DNA of 64,000 nt from Octopus vulgaris (GCA_951406725.2 OX597838.1:29078001-29142000), one strand, 5' to 3'. Positions 26,591-40,647 are shown, counted from the stretch's first letter. Notes: generated from the sequence alone by a model not told the origin. A program made the numbers and translations.

Positions 26591-26865
26591 GCTATGCAGG
26601 GCACGGTCGTCACTCCGTGAAGTATTTTCAAAGTACTCGAATCCCTTAAATCTGGGATTCGATACTTGATTTTAGGAACTCCTTATAAATATTTAGTAGT
26701 TTGAAAAGGAACCCTGCCAAAACAAAATATCGTTACAGCATATCTCCATCGTTATAAAAAATATTTCTAATCTTACGTAATTATTTATTTATGTTAAGCA
26801 ATTATCTTTCTTCCACAAATATGTGTCTAACTTGAGGTATAATTGATTTTGTTGTATATGATATA

Positions 26866-27497
26866 CTAGCTGAGTATCCCGTCGTTGCCGGGCAATTTTC
26901 ACACTAGAATGCCTTGGCGGACTTTCGGTATAGCAAACCGACATGGGTTGGGTTTTTTCTATTTTTACGGGGATTTTTCAATTTGTTTTTCATCGCACCG
27001 TTGCAAATGGTGGGGGAAACCTTTTTATGTGGACATTTTTTTGAAAAATTTATGAATTCCCCCACCTCACTTCCGGACCGATTTTGTCCAATTTTATTTT
27101 ATGATACGCACCAAAAAACAATAGGAGACGCCTTTTCGGTAGAAAAAACCCAAAAAACAAACAAAAAACCCCCAACAAAAACAGATAAAAACAAACTTTG
27201 AAAATTTATGAATCGTTTCAGCCCCTACTCCCCAAATCAGTACCGACTTTGGCCTATTCACTTAAAAACGATGTGAGAGACGAAAAAATTTATTTTCAAA
27301 CAGAAAATGAAAAATAATTTAAAAACAATTGTGAAAGTTTAGAAAAATTCATTAACCGCCTCCACCCCATCAATTTCGTTTTTTTCCCCTGAAATTTTTA
27401 AAACTATAGTTTTAAAAACGGGCACTCCGAATCTGCAATTTTATTCTGCATATAATTATTATTCTGCATATAATAATAATAATTATTATTATATAGA
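26866..27497 (-). mobile_element. Non-autonomous Helitron, family 2
   Basis: Minus strand: A|TC 5' end, subterminal hairpin cccggcaacgacggg, CTAG|T 3' end. Confidence 0.65.
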
Positions 27498-27935
27498 TGT
27501 TTTTAATGATATTTTTTTGAAGCCGAAAACTGCAATTTATAGGAAAAAAATGAAGTTCATAGTTTTACCTGATATTTTGCTATATTCCATGTTGAGACCC
27601 CTTCCTCGGGAAATCTTTGGTGAAGATTGTTATCAGTTGACTTCTGTGCCCTGCAGAGATGTCAGCGAATTCCAACTTTTCCCCAAAGATTCCCTGAGGA
27701 GGAGGAGGTCATCAATTTGAATTATTGAAATATCACGTAAAACAATCAATTAGTTTTCTCTTTATAAATCGCATTGTTTGGCTTTTAAAAAGTGTGTTTG
27801 TATGTGTGCATGTGTGTGCATTTGTGTGTATGTGTATGTTTGTGTGTGTGTGTAATATCGGCAAACAGCAATTGAGATCCGATTGGTTTCACGATTGCTG
27901 TCAACTCTCTCTCCCTCATATGTATATATGTATGT

Positions 27936-28319
27936 ATTCTTTTTCTTTTGCTCTTTTATTTGTTTCGCATTTGACTGCGGCCATGCTGGAGCACCGCCTT
28001 TAGACGAACAAATCGACCTCAGGACATATTCTTTGTAAACATAGTACTTATCCTATCGGTCTCTTTTGCTAATTTACGGGGACATAAACACGTCAACATC
28101 GGTTGTTAAGTGACGGTAGGGAACAAACACAGACACGCAAACATATATGTATATGTACATATATACGATATGCTTATTTCAGTTTCCGTCTGCGAAATCC
28201 ACTCAAAGGCTTTGGTCGGCCCGAGGCTATAGTAGAAGACACTTGCCCAAGGTGCCACACAGTGGGGCTGAACCCAGAACCATGTGGTTGGGATGCAAGT
28301 TTCTTACCACGCAGCCACG

Positions 28320-28320
<1 letters not shown>
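27936..28320 (-). mobile_element. SINE-A
   Basis: Homology to other copies. Confidence 0.88.
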
Positions 28321-28383
<63 letters not shown>

Positions 28384-28460
28384 ACGGATATGTATGTATA
28401 TATGTATATACACAAACATATACATAATATATATATACATGTACATATATGAATAAATAA

Positions 28461-28511
<51 letters not shown>

Positions 28512-28526
28512 TATAGATATATGCAT

Positions 28527-28560
<34 letters not shown>

Positions 28561-28646
28561 GTATATATATATTTTTTAGTAATTCATAATAGATTATAAA
28601 GATAAAAAACACGTTAATGATTTTTATCAAGTAATCAGCATGCTAG

Positions 28647-28711
<65 letters not shown>

Positions 28712-28878
28712 TATATACATATATATATGTATATATATACATATATATATATATGCATATATATACATACATACATACATATATAAATATATATATATAT
28801 ATATGCATATATATACATATACATACATATATAAATATATATATACACATACATACATACATATCATACCTATATCTA

Positions 28879-28939
<61 letters not shown>

Positions 28940-28950
28940 GTCTGTCTGTC

Positions 28951-28995
<45 letters not shown>

Positions 28996-29163
28996 AGGCA
29001 CGAAATTGCGTCAAGCTCTCTAGTCGTAAACTGATGAGGCGTTGAGTACCTTCTCTGTTTTCCGTTCGTCTGTACTTAGTGATTTTTAACTTGCCATTGT
29101 GAACATGTTTTTCGTTTGTGCAATCACTATACGTTTTTTAACTTACATATACACTTGCACACA

Positions 29164-29206
<43 letters not shown>

Positions 29207-29505
29207 TCACACAACAATTAGAGGGTAACCACACGCAATCACAGTCATGTATATGTAATGCATATACATATACACATACCTACACATACGAAGAGAAAAA
29301 TATAACACACACACTCTCACACACATACACACACACAAATACACAAAAGTACACGCACAAGAGGGTAAACGCACATATTCACTCTGACACACACACACAC
29401 CTTGACATACATAGACATACAAGCACAAGAGGGTAAGCACGTACGTATACACACAGACATATACAAACACACAAAGCACCCACACAAACACAAGGTCAAC
29501 ACACA

Positions 29506-29556
<51 letters not shown>

Positions 29557-29859
29557 ACACACACACACTTACATACATATACGTACACACACACATGCAA
29601 ACACTCACAGAAACATTCAGACGCTTTTCTGACAGGTTCAAGTGAAAATAATATGGCTGACTGAGCATTGGCGAAAAGCCAACCACGTGACCTATAGTTT
29701 AGTCTTTTTTCAAGCAATTGTATTTTTATTTCTTATCGAACCCACATTTCATTGTTAAAGTGACGAAACATACATTTAATTAAATGCCTTGTTATTGCTG
29801 TTGTTATTTACTGATGCCGCCTCTGGTGGTGGTGTTGTTATATGTATTTGTTGACGGTG

Positions 29860-30072
29860 GTGTTGCCGTCGCTGTAATAGCAGTTGATGGTTTTTTATTT
29901 GTCGCTGCTGTTGTTGATTCTGTTTTTTCTTCAGTTTTTTTTTCTTCTGTTGATGTTGCTGTTGCTGTTGCTGACTACAAGCAATTCTTTTTTGTAGTTG
30001 TTATTGATCTTGTAATTGTTGCTGTTGTTGCTGCTGCAGAAACAACAACAACAACAACAACAACAACCACTT

Positions 30073-30132
<60 letters not shown>

Positions 30133-30408
30133 TCATTATTATTATTGTTGTGGTTGTTGTTTGATCTTGGTTTCCTTTATATTTTTTGTTGTTGTTGCCG
30201 TTGCTGCTATAAGCAGTTCCTTTGTTGCTGCTGCTGTTGTTATTGTTGTTGTTGTTGTTGTTGTTATTATTAGTAGTAGTATTTTCATTGTTATTATTAT
30301 TAGTATTATTATTATTTCTAACATTATCATTGTTTTTGTTGTTGCTGTTATAAGCGCTGTTTACTCTTGCTTGTGATGTTGTTGTTGTTACTGTTATCAT
30401 TATTATTA

Positions 30409-30466
<58 letters not shown>

Positions 30467-31470
30467 CATTATTATTATTTTTATCATTATTATTATTATT
30501 ATTATTGCTGTTGTTGTTGTTGTCGTCGTTGCTGCTGCTGTTGTTGATTTTGTGAGAATTGTTTGTTTTTGCTCCTACTTTTGCTTTTGTAATTGTTGTT
30601 GTTATTAATAATGTTCTAATTAATATTGCTGTCATCGTCGTTGCTGTCAGTGTTCAAGATACAGTTGATATTGTTTTTAACAGTGTACTTGTTGTTGTCG
30701 TTGTTTTTGTTTTTGTAGTTGTTGTTGTTGTTGTTGTTTATTGTTGACGTTGTTGATGGAGGGTGTGGTTTTAATCTTTTTTTTTTGTTTTTCTTTTTTT
30801 ACTGCTGATAATGTTGCTATTATTTGTTGGGCAATGTTTAATAATGTTCTTTTTTTCCGTCATCATCAATGTCAGCAGCATCGTTTAACGTCTTCGTTGT
30901 CATCGTTCACGTCGTTATCACTACCACCACCACTACCACCACCACCACCACCGCCGCCGCCGCCGCCACCACCACCACCACCACCACCACCACAACCACC
31001 ACCACCACTACCATCACATCCACTACCACCACCACCACCACAACCACCACCACCACCATGGCCACCCTCCACCACCACAACCGCTACCACTACCACCACC
31101 ATTACTTCCAACACTACCATTATCATCATTATTCACATCATCGTCATGATCGTCTTGTTCTTGCTGCTGCTGTTGTTCTTTTTCTTCCTATTCCTCCTCC
31201 ACTTCTTTTCTTTTTCTCCTCCTTTTTCCTCCTCCTCCTCCTCCTCCTCTTCTTATTCGTCTTCGTACCTCGCTCTCCGCCTCATCCTACCTTTCTATTT
31301 CCCTTCCTCTTCCGCCCCCCTTCTCCTCCTCCCCATCATCTTCATCACAACCATCACACCGCAATCATCCTCCATCACATTTCCTACACCTCACCCCACA
31401 CCGCCCCACCCCATCCCCACATCATCTCCTCCACCGTTCCCCCCCCCCCGCCCCACACTTTTTCTCTAAC
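29860..31470. repeat. Large trinucleotide low-complexity block (GTT, CTA, ATT, CCA, CCT)
   Basis: Direct reading. Confidence 0.9.
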
Positions 31471-32015
31471 ACCTTCCACCTCCCACTCCTCTTCCTCCCA
31501 CACCTAATTCTCCTCCTAATCTCTCACGATTTCCACCTTGAGAATTTCCTATCTCGAAATCTTCCTCACATTCCCTCCTTTTATATATTTACGTACATTT
31601 TACTTTGATTTGTTGTTCGGACGCCATATTTGTTGTGCAGTTTTAATTGTCTCTCTCTATTTTGTCACTTACTTTATTCATGCTGCACGTGTTAAATCCA
31701 TTGTCGTGATTTAGATTCTGAACGTTTTAAATTTTATTTTTTCCTCGTTGTTATTCTTGTTGTTGCTGTTGTCGTTGCTTGTTTTCTGTTCGTTATTTCT
31801 GTTTTCCTAATGTATTCTTTCGTTTAAATATTCTATTTCAATTTCTGAGATACTTTATTCCATTCTGTTGTTTTTATTTTAGTCTTACAGAATGTGTCAT
31901 CTTAAATTAGACACTCCGCTGGGGTTTCAACCTAATGTTTAGATCCACGTTATTTTCCTTCCACTCTTCGAATACTTCGATGTAGCTTCCTGTCTGTTTT
32001 TACAGTTATAAAATA

Positions 32016-32519
32016 CTAGCAGTACCGCCCGGCGTTGCTCGGGTTTGTAAGGGAAATAACTATATAAGCATTTTTAGAGAGTTACTTCCCTTATAGATGC
32101 CAATTCGGGCTTTCTTAGCCATTTCTGTTTTGGTGTCTTCAAGCCATGAAGTCGTTGTTCTAAAAGAACGCTGGCCTCCTTGACAACGCTTTACGACGTT
32201 GATTTCCTTACACTCCCTTCCCCACAGCTTCACGAGGGAGGGAAGAAGCAAACAGGTGCAGGTGTGACCGTGGACGCCAACTCCGCCGCCATCGACACAC
32301 GAAAAATTATGCATTAAAATGGAATAAAAAATGATGTTAAATTATTTTTAAAATCGTAGACTCGTCGTAGACGCGCGCTAATACTCAGACGGGCTCGATA
32401 TGAATCACGACTATAAGATACCCGAATTTGGTTAAACTGCACCGCAAAATGTGGGAGTAGTTAGGAATCTAAATCGAAGGGGACAGACACTCACACAACT
32501 ACAGTTTTATATATATAGA
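32016..32519 (-). mobile_element. Non-autonomous Helitron, family 1
   Basis: A|TCtatatatataaaa 5' end; cccgagcaacgccggg hairpin then CTAG|T; ends shared with 57119-57502. Confidence 0.8.
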
Positions 32520-32604
32520 TATTTGCAGAACAGAAGCATCTTCCTCGTGTGTCCAATTATACCCATTCCATATAAGTTGCGAGATTGTGTTACTTTATCT
32601 AAAT

Positions 32605-32790
32605 TCTCTCATTTTACTTGTTTCAGTCATTTGACTGTGACCATGCTGGAGCACAGCCTTTAGTCGAGCAAATCCACCTCTGGACTTACTCTTTGTAAGC
32701 CTAGTACTTATTCTATCGGTCTCTTTTGCCGAACCGCTAAGTGACGGTGACGGGAACACACTAGCATCGGTTGTCAAGCAATGCTAGGGT
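32605..32790 (-). mobile_element. SINE-A 3' fragment
   Basis: ttttacttgtttcagtcatttgactg...catcggttgtcaagcaatgct. Confidence 0.85.
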
Positions 32791-32893
32791 GTTTTCCGTA
32801 CACCTAGGGCAGAGAAGCTCATTGTATGCATTCCCAGATTACACACGCAAATTCACAGGTAAAATATGTATTTAAAAAAATACATATTTTACA

Positions 32894-32947
<54 letters not shown>

Positions 32948-33013
32948 TATTATTATTATTTAACATGTATTCAACAGTTTTATACGGGTTACTACTGCAC
33001 TGCCGCGATACTG

Positions 33014-33073
<60 letters not shown>

Positions 33074-33209
33074 ATGTATGTTTATGTATGTGTATGTGTA
33101 TGTATGTATATGTATGTGTATGTATATGTATGTATATGCATGTATATGTATATATATATATATATGTATGTATATGTATGTATATGTATATATATATGTA
33201 TGTATACCT

Positions 33210-33303
33210 ATCCCAAACAGACGTAGTAATTAAACACAACACTATACACCTAAAAGCTTTTAGGTGTATAGTGTTGTGTTTAATTACTACGTCTGTTTGG
33301 GAT
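33210..33303. repeat. Perfect 94-bp palindrome (47-bp arms, no spacer)
   Basis: Centre aaaag|ctttt; arms exactly complementary. Confidence 0.9.
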
Positions 33304-34386
33304 CGTTATACGATTTTACGTTGACGCTTTTTTGTGCCATATCAATCTTTCCTGTGTTTGTTGTGTAAATCAAGGATTCCTAATCTTCTTCAGCTCGTGA
33401 CACCGCTTTGGAATCTTTTATTCTTTCCGTAGCCCCCCCCCTCACTCCAGACATTAATAGAAAAAAATGCATTTGAATTTCGTTATAGCTGATTATTAGT
33501 AGAAACAGGTTACATGTGAAAACATTATAAAGCTTCAATAAAAATAGAATTTGTCAGAATTTATCAAATGATATTGAAATTTTAAATATTAATCGTTTTT
33601 TAATTAGTTTTATTAACGTGAAATTTATTTCTATGAATATCAAGAATTGATAATTTCTAATAAAAACAATTTTCGAACAAAAAATTTATGGTAATAACCA
33701 TTAAAAAAACATTGTTACAAAGTTGACCTGTTTCTAACGTTAACGAAATAAATTCTATGAAAATATCAGTGTCTCTTTATTGCATATTTATTCTCGATTA
33801 TTCTATTTCACAAAAGTAATAATATTTTGTCGGTTCAATAGAATACCCATCTAGAAATATACATTATTTTTCTGATATAACACGCAAAACAAATACTTCT
33901 GACACTCAGAAAATTAATAATTTCTGTAAAAAAATAAAAAAAATAAAAATTACATTTTGAGCTTAAAAATAAAATTCTTTAGTTAAAAAAAAGATATTGT
34001 ATTACCTTTTTGCTGTATCTCTTCAGTGAAATCATTGTGGTTGATACAGTTTCACACATTTTTTTCTTTTAGAATCAGAGTCCATGGTTGTTAGAGTCAA
34101 ACGAACATCACCTCTATTTATGATTTCGAAGCGATTGCGAGATTTTGATGGTAGGAAAGACGTTTGGTTAAAACCTGGTTCAATTCGGCAAGAAACATAA
34201 ACTGCAATAAAATATAATTTTATTTCCTGCCAAAGTGCTGAGAATTTCATAGCAATTTCACTACCTGTCCATAAATTATTGAACTCATGGGTAATCAAAC
34301 TGCTTGAGCAGCTCAATAAAGCTTTCTTGTAGCCTGATATCAACATCAGCTGCATTAATTTTTAAAATGGGATCTACCATCCTAGA

Positions 34387-34689
34387 TGTTTGTTCCTTCT
34401 CAAGCCATGCCCGGCTCAAAAGCGCCGGTTTCCCGGTTTCCTTGGCGTATGGGTTCCCCACCTGGACGGGACGCCGGTCCGTCGCAGGTGAGCTGCAAGA
34501 TGCAGGAGGAAAGAGGGAGAGAAAGTTGTGGCGAAAGAGTCAGCAGAAGTTCGCCATTACCTTCTGCCGGAACCGCGTGGGGCTCAGGTGTTTCGCTCAT
34601 AAACGCACACATCACCCGGTCTGAGATTCGAACCCGCGATTCCTCGACCGCGAGTCCGCTGCTCTAACCACAAGGCCATGTACCTCCAC
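34387..34689 (-). mobile_element. SINE-B head/body with tail type c
   Basis: Tail ctgcgacggaccggcgtcccgtccagg; decayed TSD accatcctaga/accattctaca. Confidence 0.85.
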
Positions 34690-35619
34690 ACCATTCTACA
34701 TAGAGTGCTGATTTTCAGATTTTTGAGCCTAACTTGCATATCATTGTACTATTTTACAAGTGCTCAATGTACACTAAAATATCTTTAAACTCCTCTTCTG
34801 CTGTGGCAAGAGTTGGAAAATGCATTAACTCCTTCCGCCAAAAATTTATCCGGAATGTATTAAGTTTTCCGAAATATCTTTCTCTCGCAGCTCCTCTACT
34901 GTGACAAGGGTTGGAAAATGCATTAAATCCCTCAGCCAAATATTTATCCGAAATGGATTAACTTTTCCAAAACAAGCATTAATAGCCTCAATGAAAAATC
35001 TGTACTTTTACACTGCAGCTGTTCGTTGCGCAAATTTAGCTTCTCAAATATAGCTGAAAGGTAGAAACATGTCACATCTGGCGGATAGAATTTCTTCTTT
35101 AAGCTGCTTACCACTCAGAAACATTATATTGTCGCGAAGTTCAACAAAGTGACGCAGACAATTACCCTGAGAGATTGTCACCAGATGTTTGAACTTCAAA
35201 GCAGTAACATAATTACTTTATATAAGAGTTTCCAATGCCAACTTGATACTTCAACCATCAATGATAAATTATTATCGAACTGTCAAATGAAACCTTGTTT
35301 TCTATCACAACGGAACTTAAAATACGTGTATGTATAAGGATGTATGTTTTTGTGTGTATGTGTATGCTTGGGTGTATGTTTTTGTATGTACGTGCTTATA
35401 GTTTATGTGTGTGTATGCGTGTATATATGTTTTGGTGTGTATGTGCATGTAGTTTGTGTGTATGTGTGTGTGTATGATTTTTGTGAATATGTGTGTTTGT
35501 ACGTATTTTTTATGTAAAATCTAAAGCGTTACTAGCAGTAGCCTAAAAATTTTAGGAAGAAATAGAGTGGTAGTTGTTTGGTTGCCTTCACTGAGCCCAT
35601 GCCCCCTCCCCAAGCAAAC

Positions 35620-35810
35620 TCCCAAATTTTTCTGTAGAGCTTTGCCGTAGCCCCTCATCAAATACCCAAATTTTTCTGTGGCCTCCCTGAACTTTGCCGT
35701 GGCCCCACACCAAATTCCCAAATTTTCTTGTGGCCTCCCTGAACTTTGCCGTGGACCCCCATCAAATCTCCAAATTTTTCTGTGGCCTCCTTGAATTTTG
35801 CTGTGGCCCC
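35620..35810. repeat. 52-bp subterminal tandem repeat of the hAT element
   Basis: caaatttt at 35667, 35719, 35771. Confidence 0.85.
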
Positions 35811-36397
35811 GGGTTGAGAAGCACTGGCATAAACTATGGGTTGTGTCGATCGATATTCTGTGTTTTTGTATGGGTCGGTGATTCGTGTGGATGAGGTGTA
35901 ACGTCGGTTGTAGTGTATTGTGGTTGATTGCTGTATGGCTTCTGTGTAAGGCGGGAATACAACGTCGAGTATCGGTTATGTAAAATATGCGCCGTCTGGT
36001 TTCATTGAGTAGTTATTGTATAGGGTACGTGTGCTGATATTTTATCGGGTGGTGATTGTAAAGAGCATGTGTGGTGCTGTTATACCGGGTGGCCACAATG
36101 CGGATAAGGTAGTGTTATACTGCTTAGCGGTAATCGTGCAGGGTGTGTGTAGTATAGCTTTATTGAGAGGACATTGCACAAAGGTATGTGTTATCTTATT
36201 GGGTGATTGTATGGGGTATGAGTAGATTGTATAGGACATGTGTATAGGGTTGGTTGCGTATGTGTGGTGCTGTTTCAGTAGCGTGTTTTTATTGGGAGGT
36301 GATTATTAAGGTATGAGTTTTGTATCATTTGGGGGTGATTGTAAAGAGGACAGAAAAATGATCTCTGAATGGTCGGGCGGAACTGACCAACGGTTAA

Positions 36398-37038
36398 CTC
36401 TTTTGATACCGACCCTAATTCCATGATGCACACTTCCTGTCTTAAAGGGACCTAAATTAAAATCTTCCATCAAAATTTTGTGTTTTATTCATGATTCAAA
36501 AACCAGCTCAATAATGACAAAATTATTTTACGAAATTCGTTTTTAATTTCAAAACAAATTTAAGAAAATGGAGCGTATTTCAATTGAAATATAATTATAA
36601 AATAGTTAATGTTTTTGGGCAATAATCAACTTGAGACTGCTCCTGGTTCTAGCTACAAATTTTTTGTTTTAAATTACTCTAAATTAAAACCTTCCTTCGA
36701 AATTTTATCTTGATTTATGTTCCAAACACTAGCTTAATACCGACAAGGTTCATTATTTTAAAAATGACTAGAAACAAAGGCAGTATACTACAACAAAAAA
36801 TTTGGTAACAAAAGGGTTTTAACCTCGTTTGATTCCAACCTGTCAGAGACTATTCTTGATTCTATGATAGATAAGCTTCCTGTTTTAAAGTGATCCAAAT
36901 TAAAAACTTCCATCAAAATCTCCTGCTTGTCCACACCATCTTAATAATGACACACACCTTCTTAATGTTCCAAAATTCCTCATTATGTTTGGAATTAATT
37001 GACAGCCATATTTCAACCGGAATGTAGCAACGAAAGAG
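36398..37038. mobile_element. Two tandem piggyBac-like non-autonomous elements (36398-36816; 36823-37038)
   Basis: TTAA|ctcttt...aaaggg|ttttaa|cctc...aaagag|TTAA; both share cttcctg..ttaaag...aaattaaaa..cttccatcaaaat. Confidence 0.5.
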
Positions 37039-37044
37039 TTAAAT

Positions 37045-37385
37045 CATAGGTTCTCAACGAGAGCGCTACCGCCTCCTGGTGGGCGTTGAGAGGGTCCAGG
37101 TAGGCGCTGGTGGCTAAGGGGTGATGCGGGGGAAGGGGAGCGGTAGAGAAAGAGGAGGCGTTGGGAGGAAGGCAGTGAATTGAGGTCACTATGAATTTAT
37201 TATAATATCATTATAGTATTGTATACAAATTATATAATATTATATTAAATATCAAATGATTTATAGTATATGTAAATTAGTCAAATATAAAATATTTATT
37301 AATGCATAAAAATAGGGGTGGGGGCGCTGAGGGTATTATGTGGCCATGGGGCGGGGAAGTGGCCCAAAACGTTTGAGAACTTCTG
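37045..37385. mobile_element. hAT-type MITE with 8-bp TSD
   Basis: Ends cataggttctcaac / gtttgagaacttctg; flanks agttaaat / ggttaaat. Confidence 0.75.
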
Positions 37386-37901
37386 GGTTAAATGGTCATC
37401 TGTGTTGCACTACATGTTGAGCGAGCGTCGCGTCCTGTACCAAGAAAAATTTCATTAAATTATTCTCCTTCGTTTCTTGTGGCAAAACAAAAATTCCGCT
37501 GGTCAGGTTGTTCATTTGATGGTGATGGCGTGGAGAATATGCTGTGTGAATTGTGTTGATCTATTGGATACAGATTCTGCAGGGTATATATATAGGATTG
37601 TATATCGAGTTTGTATGAAGTCTGGATGGTGTACAGAAGGTTTACTGTGCAGAAAGTTGTGCCCTGGAATCGAAAGCGTGTTCCTTTAGGGTGATTTAGG
37701 ATTGTGTTACATTATCAGCTTTGGTATGGTTTATTTATATTTTTGCTTGGAGGAGGAACTGATGTGTTAAATTAATCTGAGTTTCTTAAGTGTAGAGAGA
37801 GACCCACGGACCACCCAATGTGAATTCTTCCTCCAATTCGGGGTTCCTTTCTTGTCATTCCTTGCTGTTATTCCATAATGTTATTACAGAATTCAGTGGA
37901 A

Positions 37902-38539
37902 CAGAGCCGGATTAAGACCCATACAGGCCCTAAACACTTAAAAGATTTTGGTGCTTCTATATATAATTCAAAATATAAGCAATAATAAACTATAAAATAA
38001 ACTTTTTATTTTTCAAAATGACTCAAAATTAACAGAAAGATGGAAAATAATGTTTATTTTTGTAATACTCCCACTGTATTTATTTTTGTAAATGTTTCTC
38101 CTACTTTCTTTTCAATAGCAAATTCTAAGATCAGATCCTCATCATGACACCATGAATGCTTCAGAATTATATTTCCGATCATATAAAACACTTCAAAAAT
38201 TTTTCCAACACAGAGTTGCCGTCAATAACCATGGCTGGTTGTTGACAAATTTTTCCGCCTTCTAAGGATAATTTACCCAATATGTCTGTTGTTTTAACGG
38301 CAACCCTGCGTTCGAAAAAATATCATCTTGTTATTTGCATCGTACAATACACATTTTCGACGCTTCCAATAAAAGAACAAATACTTCTTTGCTTACATTT
38401 ATACACACTTTGAAAATTATTTTAGCAAGTTTAAAGTGATTTCTTTTGTGCCTTAAACCATCTACTATTTCTGTGGTACCCTTCTTCCCTCGATACCCTA
38501 AGCGTGTGCTTGTTTTACTTAATGATTAACCCAGCACTG
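37902..38539 (-). mobile_element. Probable deleted hAT element
   Basis: Imperfect TIRs cagagccggattaa / ttaacccagcactg; internal sequence weakly resembles the hAT dimerisation domain. Confidence 0.4.
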
Positions 38540-38819
38540 AGTGCAATCGCATCAACGACCATGTAGCAATTGGTGCGACGAAAACTTCGACACCAAATAA
38601 TAATTTTTTAAATAGTTTTCGTGTGTTTTTGACTGGCCGATGCATGGCTTCCGGGCTGGAATCATTTTAGTTTCCACACTCAGTCTCAAATCGAATTACT
38701 TGCTTGGCGAATACACCCACGTAAAATAATTACATTTGCAGTTTTATTTCCTGTTAATGGCTGTCTCTTTATTGATTTGTAAATCTCAACCCTTTTAAAA
38801 TAAATTTAATGTTGTGCTG

Positions 38820-39140
38820 TGAAGACGCGTGGCAGAGTGGTCAGATTATTCCACTCACGATCGCAAGTTTGTCAGTTCGATACCGGGCTGTACATCGTGT
38901 TCTTGAGCAAGACACCTTATTTCACGTAGCTCCACTCCACGCAGCTGGCAAAAATGAGTTGTACCAGCAATTCAAAGGGCCAGCCGTGTCACTTTCTGTG
39001 TCACACTGAATCTTCCTGAGAACTACCTCTAAAGGTACATGTATCCGTGGAGTGCTCAGCCATTTGTACAAGCAGGCTATTCGGTTGATCGTATCAACTG
39101 GAAGCCTCGTCGTCGTCATCGACGGAGTACCAGTATTCGG
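38820..39140 (+). mobile_element. SINE with SINE-D-type 5' domain and SINE-B type b tail
   Basis: Homologous to 22996-23258. Confidence 0.8.
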
Positions 39141-39242
39141 TGTTGTAAATCACCCACTGTTTCTTATATAAAAAGCTGAAGACACAACGCGTCTGAGGAC
39201 ACCAACCATGTTGTTGCCTTTGTTGTTGTTGCTGTTGCTGTT

Positions 39243-39585
39243 GAGCGAAGCGGTCTTCGTCCCAGAGCTCGCAAGATGGGAGAAGTCCGAAACGTGGTCC
39301 TTTGCTATTCGTAAGACCCGATACCGAGAGCATCGACGGATGGATGAATGCGCATCCAGGCTCAGCGGTTGCGTAGGAAGTCGGGGACAAGAAACGGGAA
39401 GAAAGAGTGAGAGAAAGTTGGGGCGAAAGAGTACAACAGGGGTCGCCACCACCCCCTGCCGGAGCCTCGTGGAGTTTTAGGTGTTTTCGCTCAATAAACA
39501 CACACAACGCCCGGTCTGGGAATCGAAACCGCGATCCTCCGACCGCGAGTCCGCTGCCCTAACCATTGGGCCATTGCGCCTCCAC
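39243..39585 (-). mobile_element. SINE-B head/body with tail type d
   Basis: Head and body as 24034-24365; unrelated 3' tail; inserted in (GTT)n. Confidence 0.85.
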
Positions 39586-39599
39586 GTTGTTGTTGCTTT

Positions 39600-40330
39600 T
39601 GTTGTTGTTGCTGTTTAGACACTGGAAGGCGTCGAGCTGACAAATTCATTAGCAAAGTCGGACAAAATGCTTGGTGGCCTATCTTTCGGCTTTTCATGTT
39701 CTGGGTTCAAATTACACTAAAGTCGACTTTACCTTTCAACCTTTCAGGGTGAATAAAATAAATACCACTTGAATACTGGGGTCGATATAATCGACTTGCA
39801 CCCTCTAACAAAATTGCTGGCTTTGTGTCGAAATTTGAAAGTGCTGTTACCATTACTGTTAAGGCAGAGAGCTGGGAGGAGTGGTTGCATGCCGGATAAA
39901 ATGCTTAGCGGCATTTCTTACAGCATTTCACGTTCTGAGTTCAAATTCCGCCGAGGTCGACTTTGCCTTTCATCCTTTCAGGGGTCAATAAAAGTAAGTA
40001 CCAGTCAGGTACCAGCGGGGTATCAATATAGTCAAATAGGGCGCTGAGCTGGCAGAATCGTTAGCACCCTAGGCGAAATGCTTGGAGGTATTTCGTCTGT
40101 CTTTACGTTCTGAGTTCAAATTCCGCCGAGGTCGACTTTGCCTTTCATGCTTTTCGGGGTCGATTAAATAAGTACCAGTTACGCCCTGGGGTCCATCTAA
40201 TCAACTTAATCCCTTTGTCTGTCCTTGTTTGCCCTGTCTATGTTTAGCCCCCTCCCCCTTGTGGGCAATAAAGAAATAAATATAGTTGAATTGCCCATCC
40301 CCTCAAAATTGCTGGCCTTGTGTAAAAGTT
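39600..40330 (+). mobile_element. Cluster of three SINE-C copies
   Basis: Repeated ttctgagttcaaattccgccgaggtcgactttgcc. Confidence 0.82.
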
Positions 40331-40616
40331 AAGAGTTCGTTTAGACCCAGATCAACATTTATCGTGCAGACATATTACTAAAGTTGGTCCAACCGTGACC
40401 ATGCCGTCTTTGGATAGGACGGGTATGGAAAGGGCTGGTACGACGTAGAAGGCAGGCTACTGGGGTTTCTAGGATTAGAATGTGTGCGCTCTGCATGTTT
40501 TTTAAAACGGTGAACTGTTATTTTGAAGGAGATGCTGGCTGCTACTTCTAGCAGATCGAGCATCCAATCACGTAAGATATTCTCTCTCGCTCGATCGTTG
40601 CAAATATTGTTATTGC

Positions 40617-40647
<31 letters not shown>

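Larger units (their letters stand above)
34020..35826 (-). mobile_element. hAT (Charlie/Buster-like) transposon remnant
   Basis: 5' TIR cagtgcttctcaacc ends 35826; transposase remnants SQGNCLRHFVELRD, IFEKLNLRNEQLQ, HFPTL, KSRNRFEIINRGDVRLTLT; SINE-B nested. Confidence 0.75.

Noticed and set aside
29030-29060. ctgatgag as a hammerhead core (also ctgatgaa near 15422)
   Set aside because: No stem II, GAAA or stem I complement follows
30741-31507. Proline/threonine-rich ORFs
   Set aside because: (CCA)n low-complexity DNA
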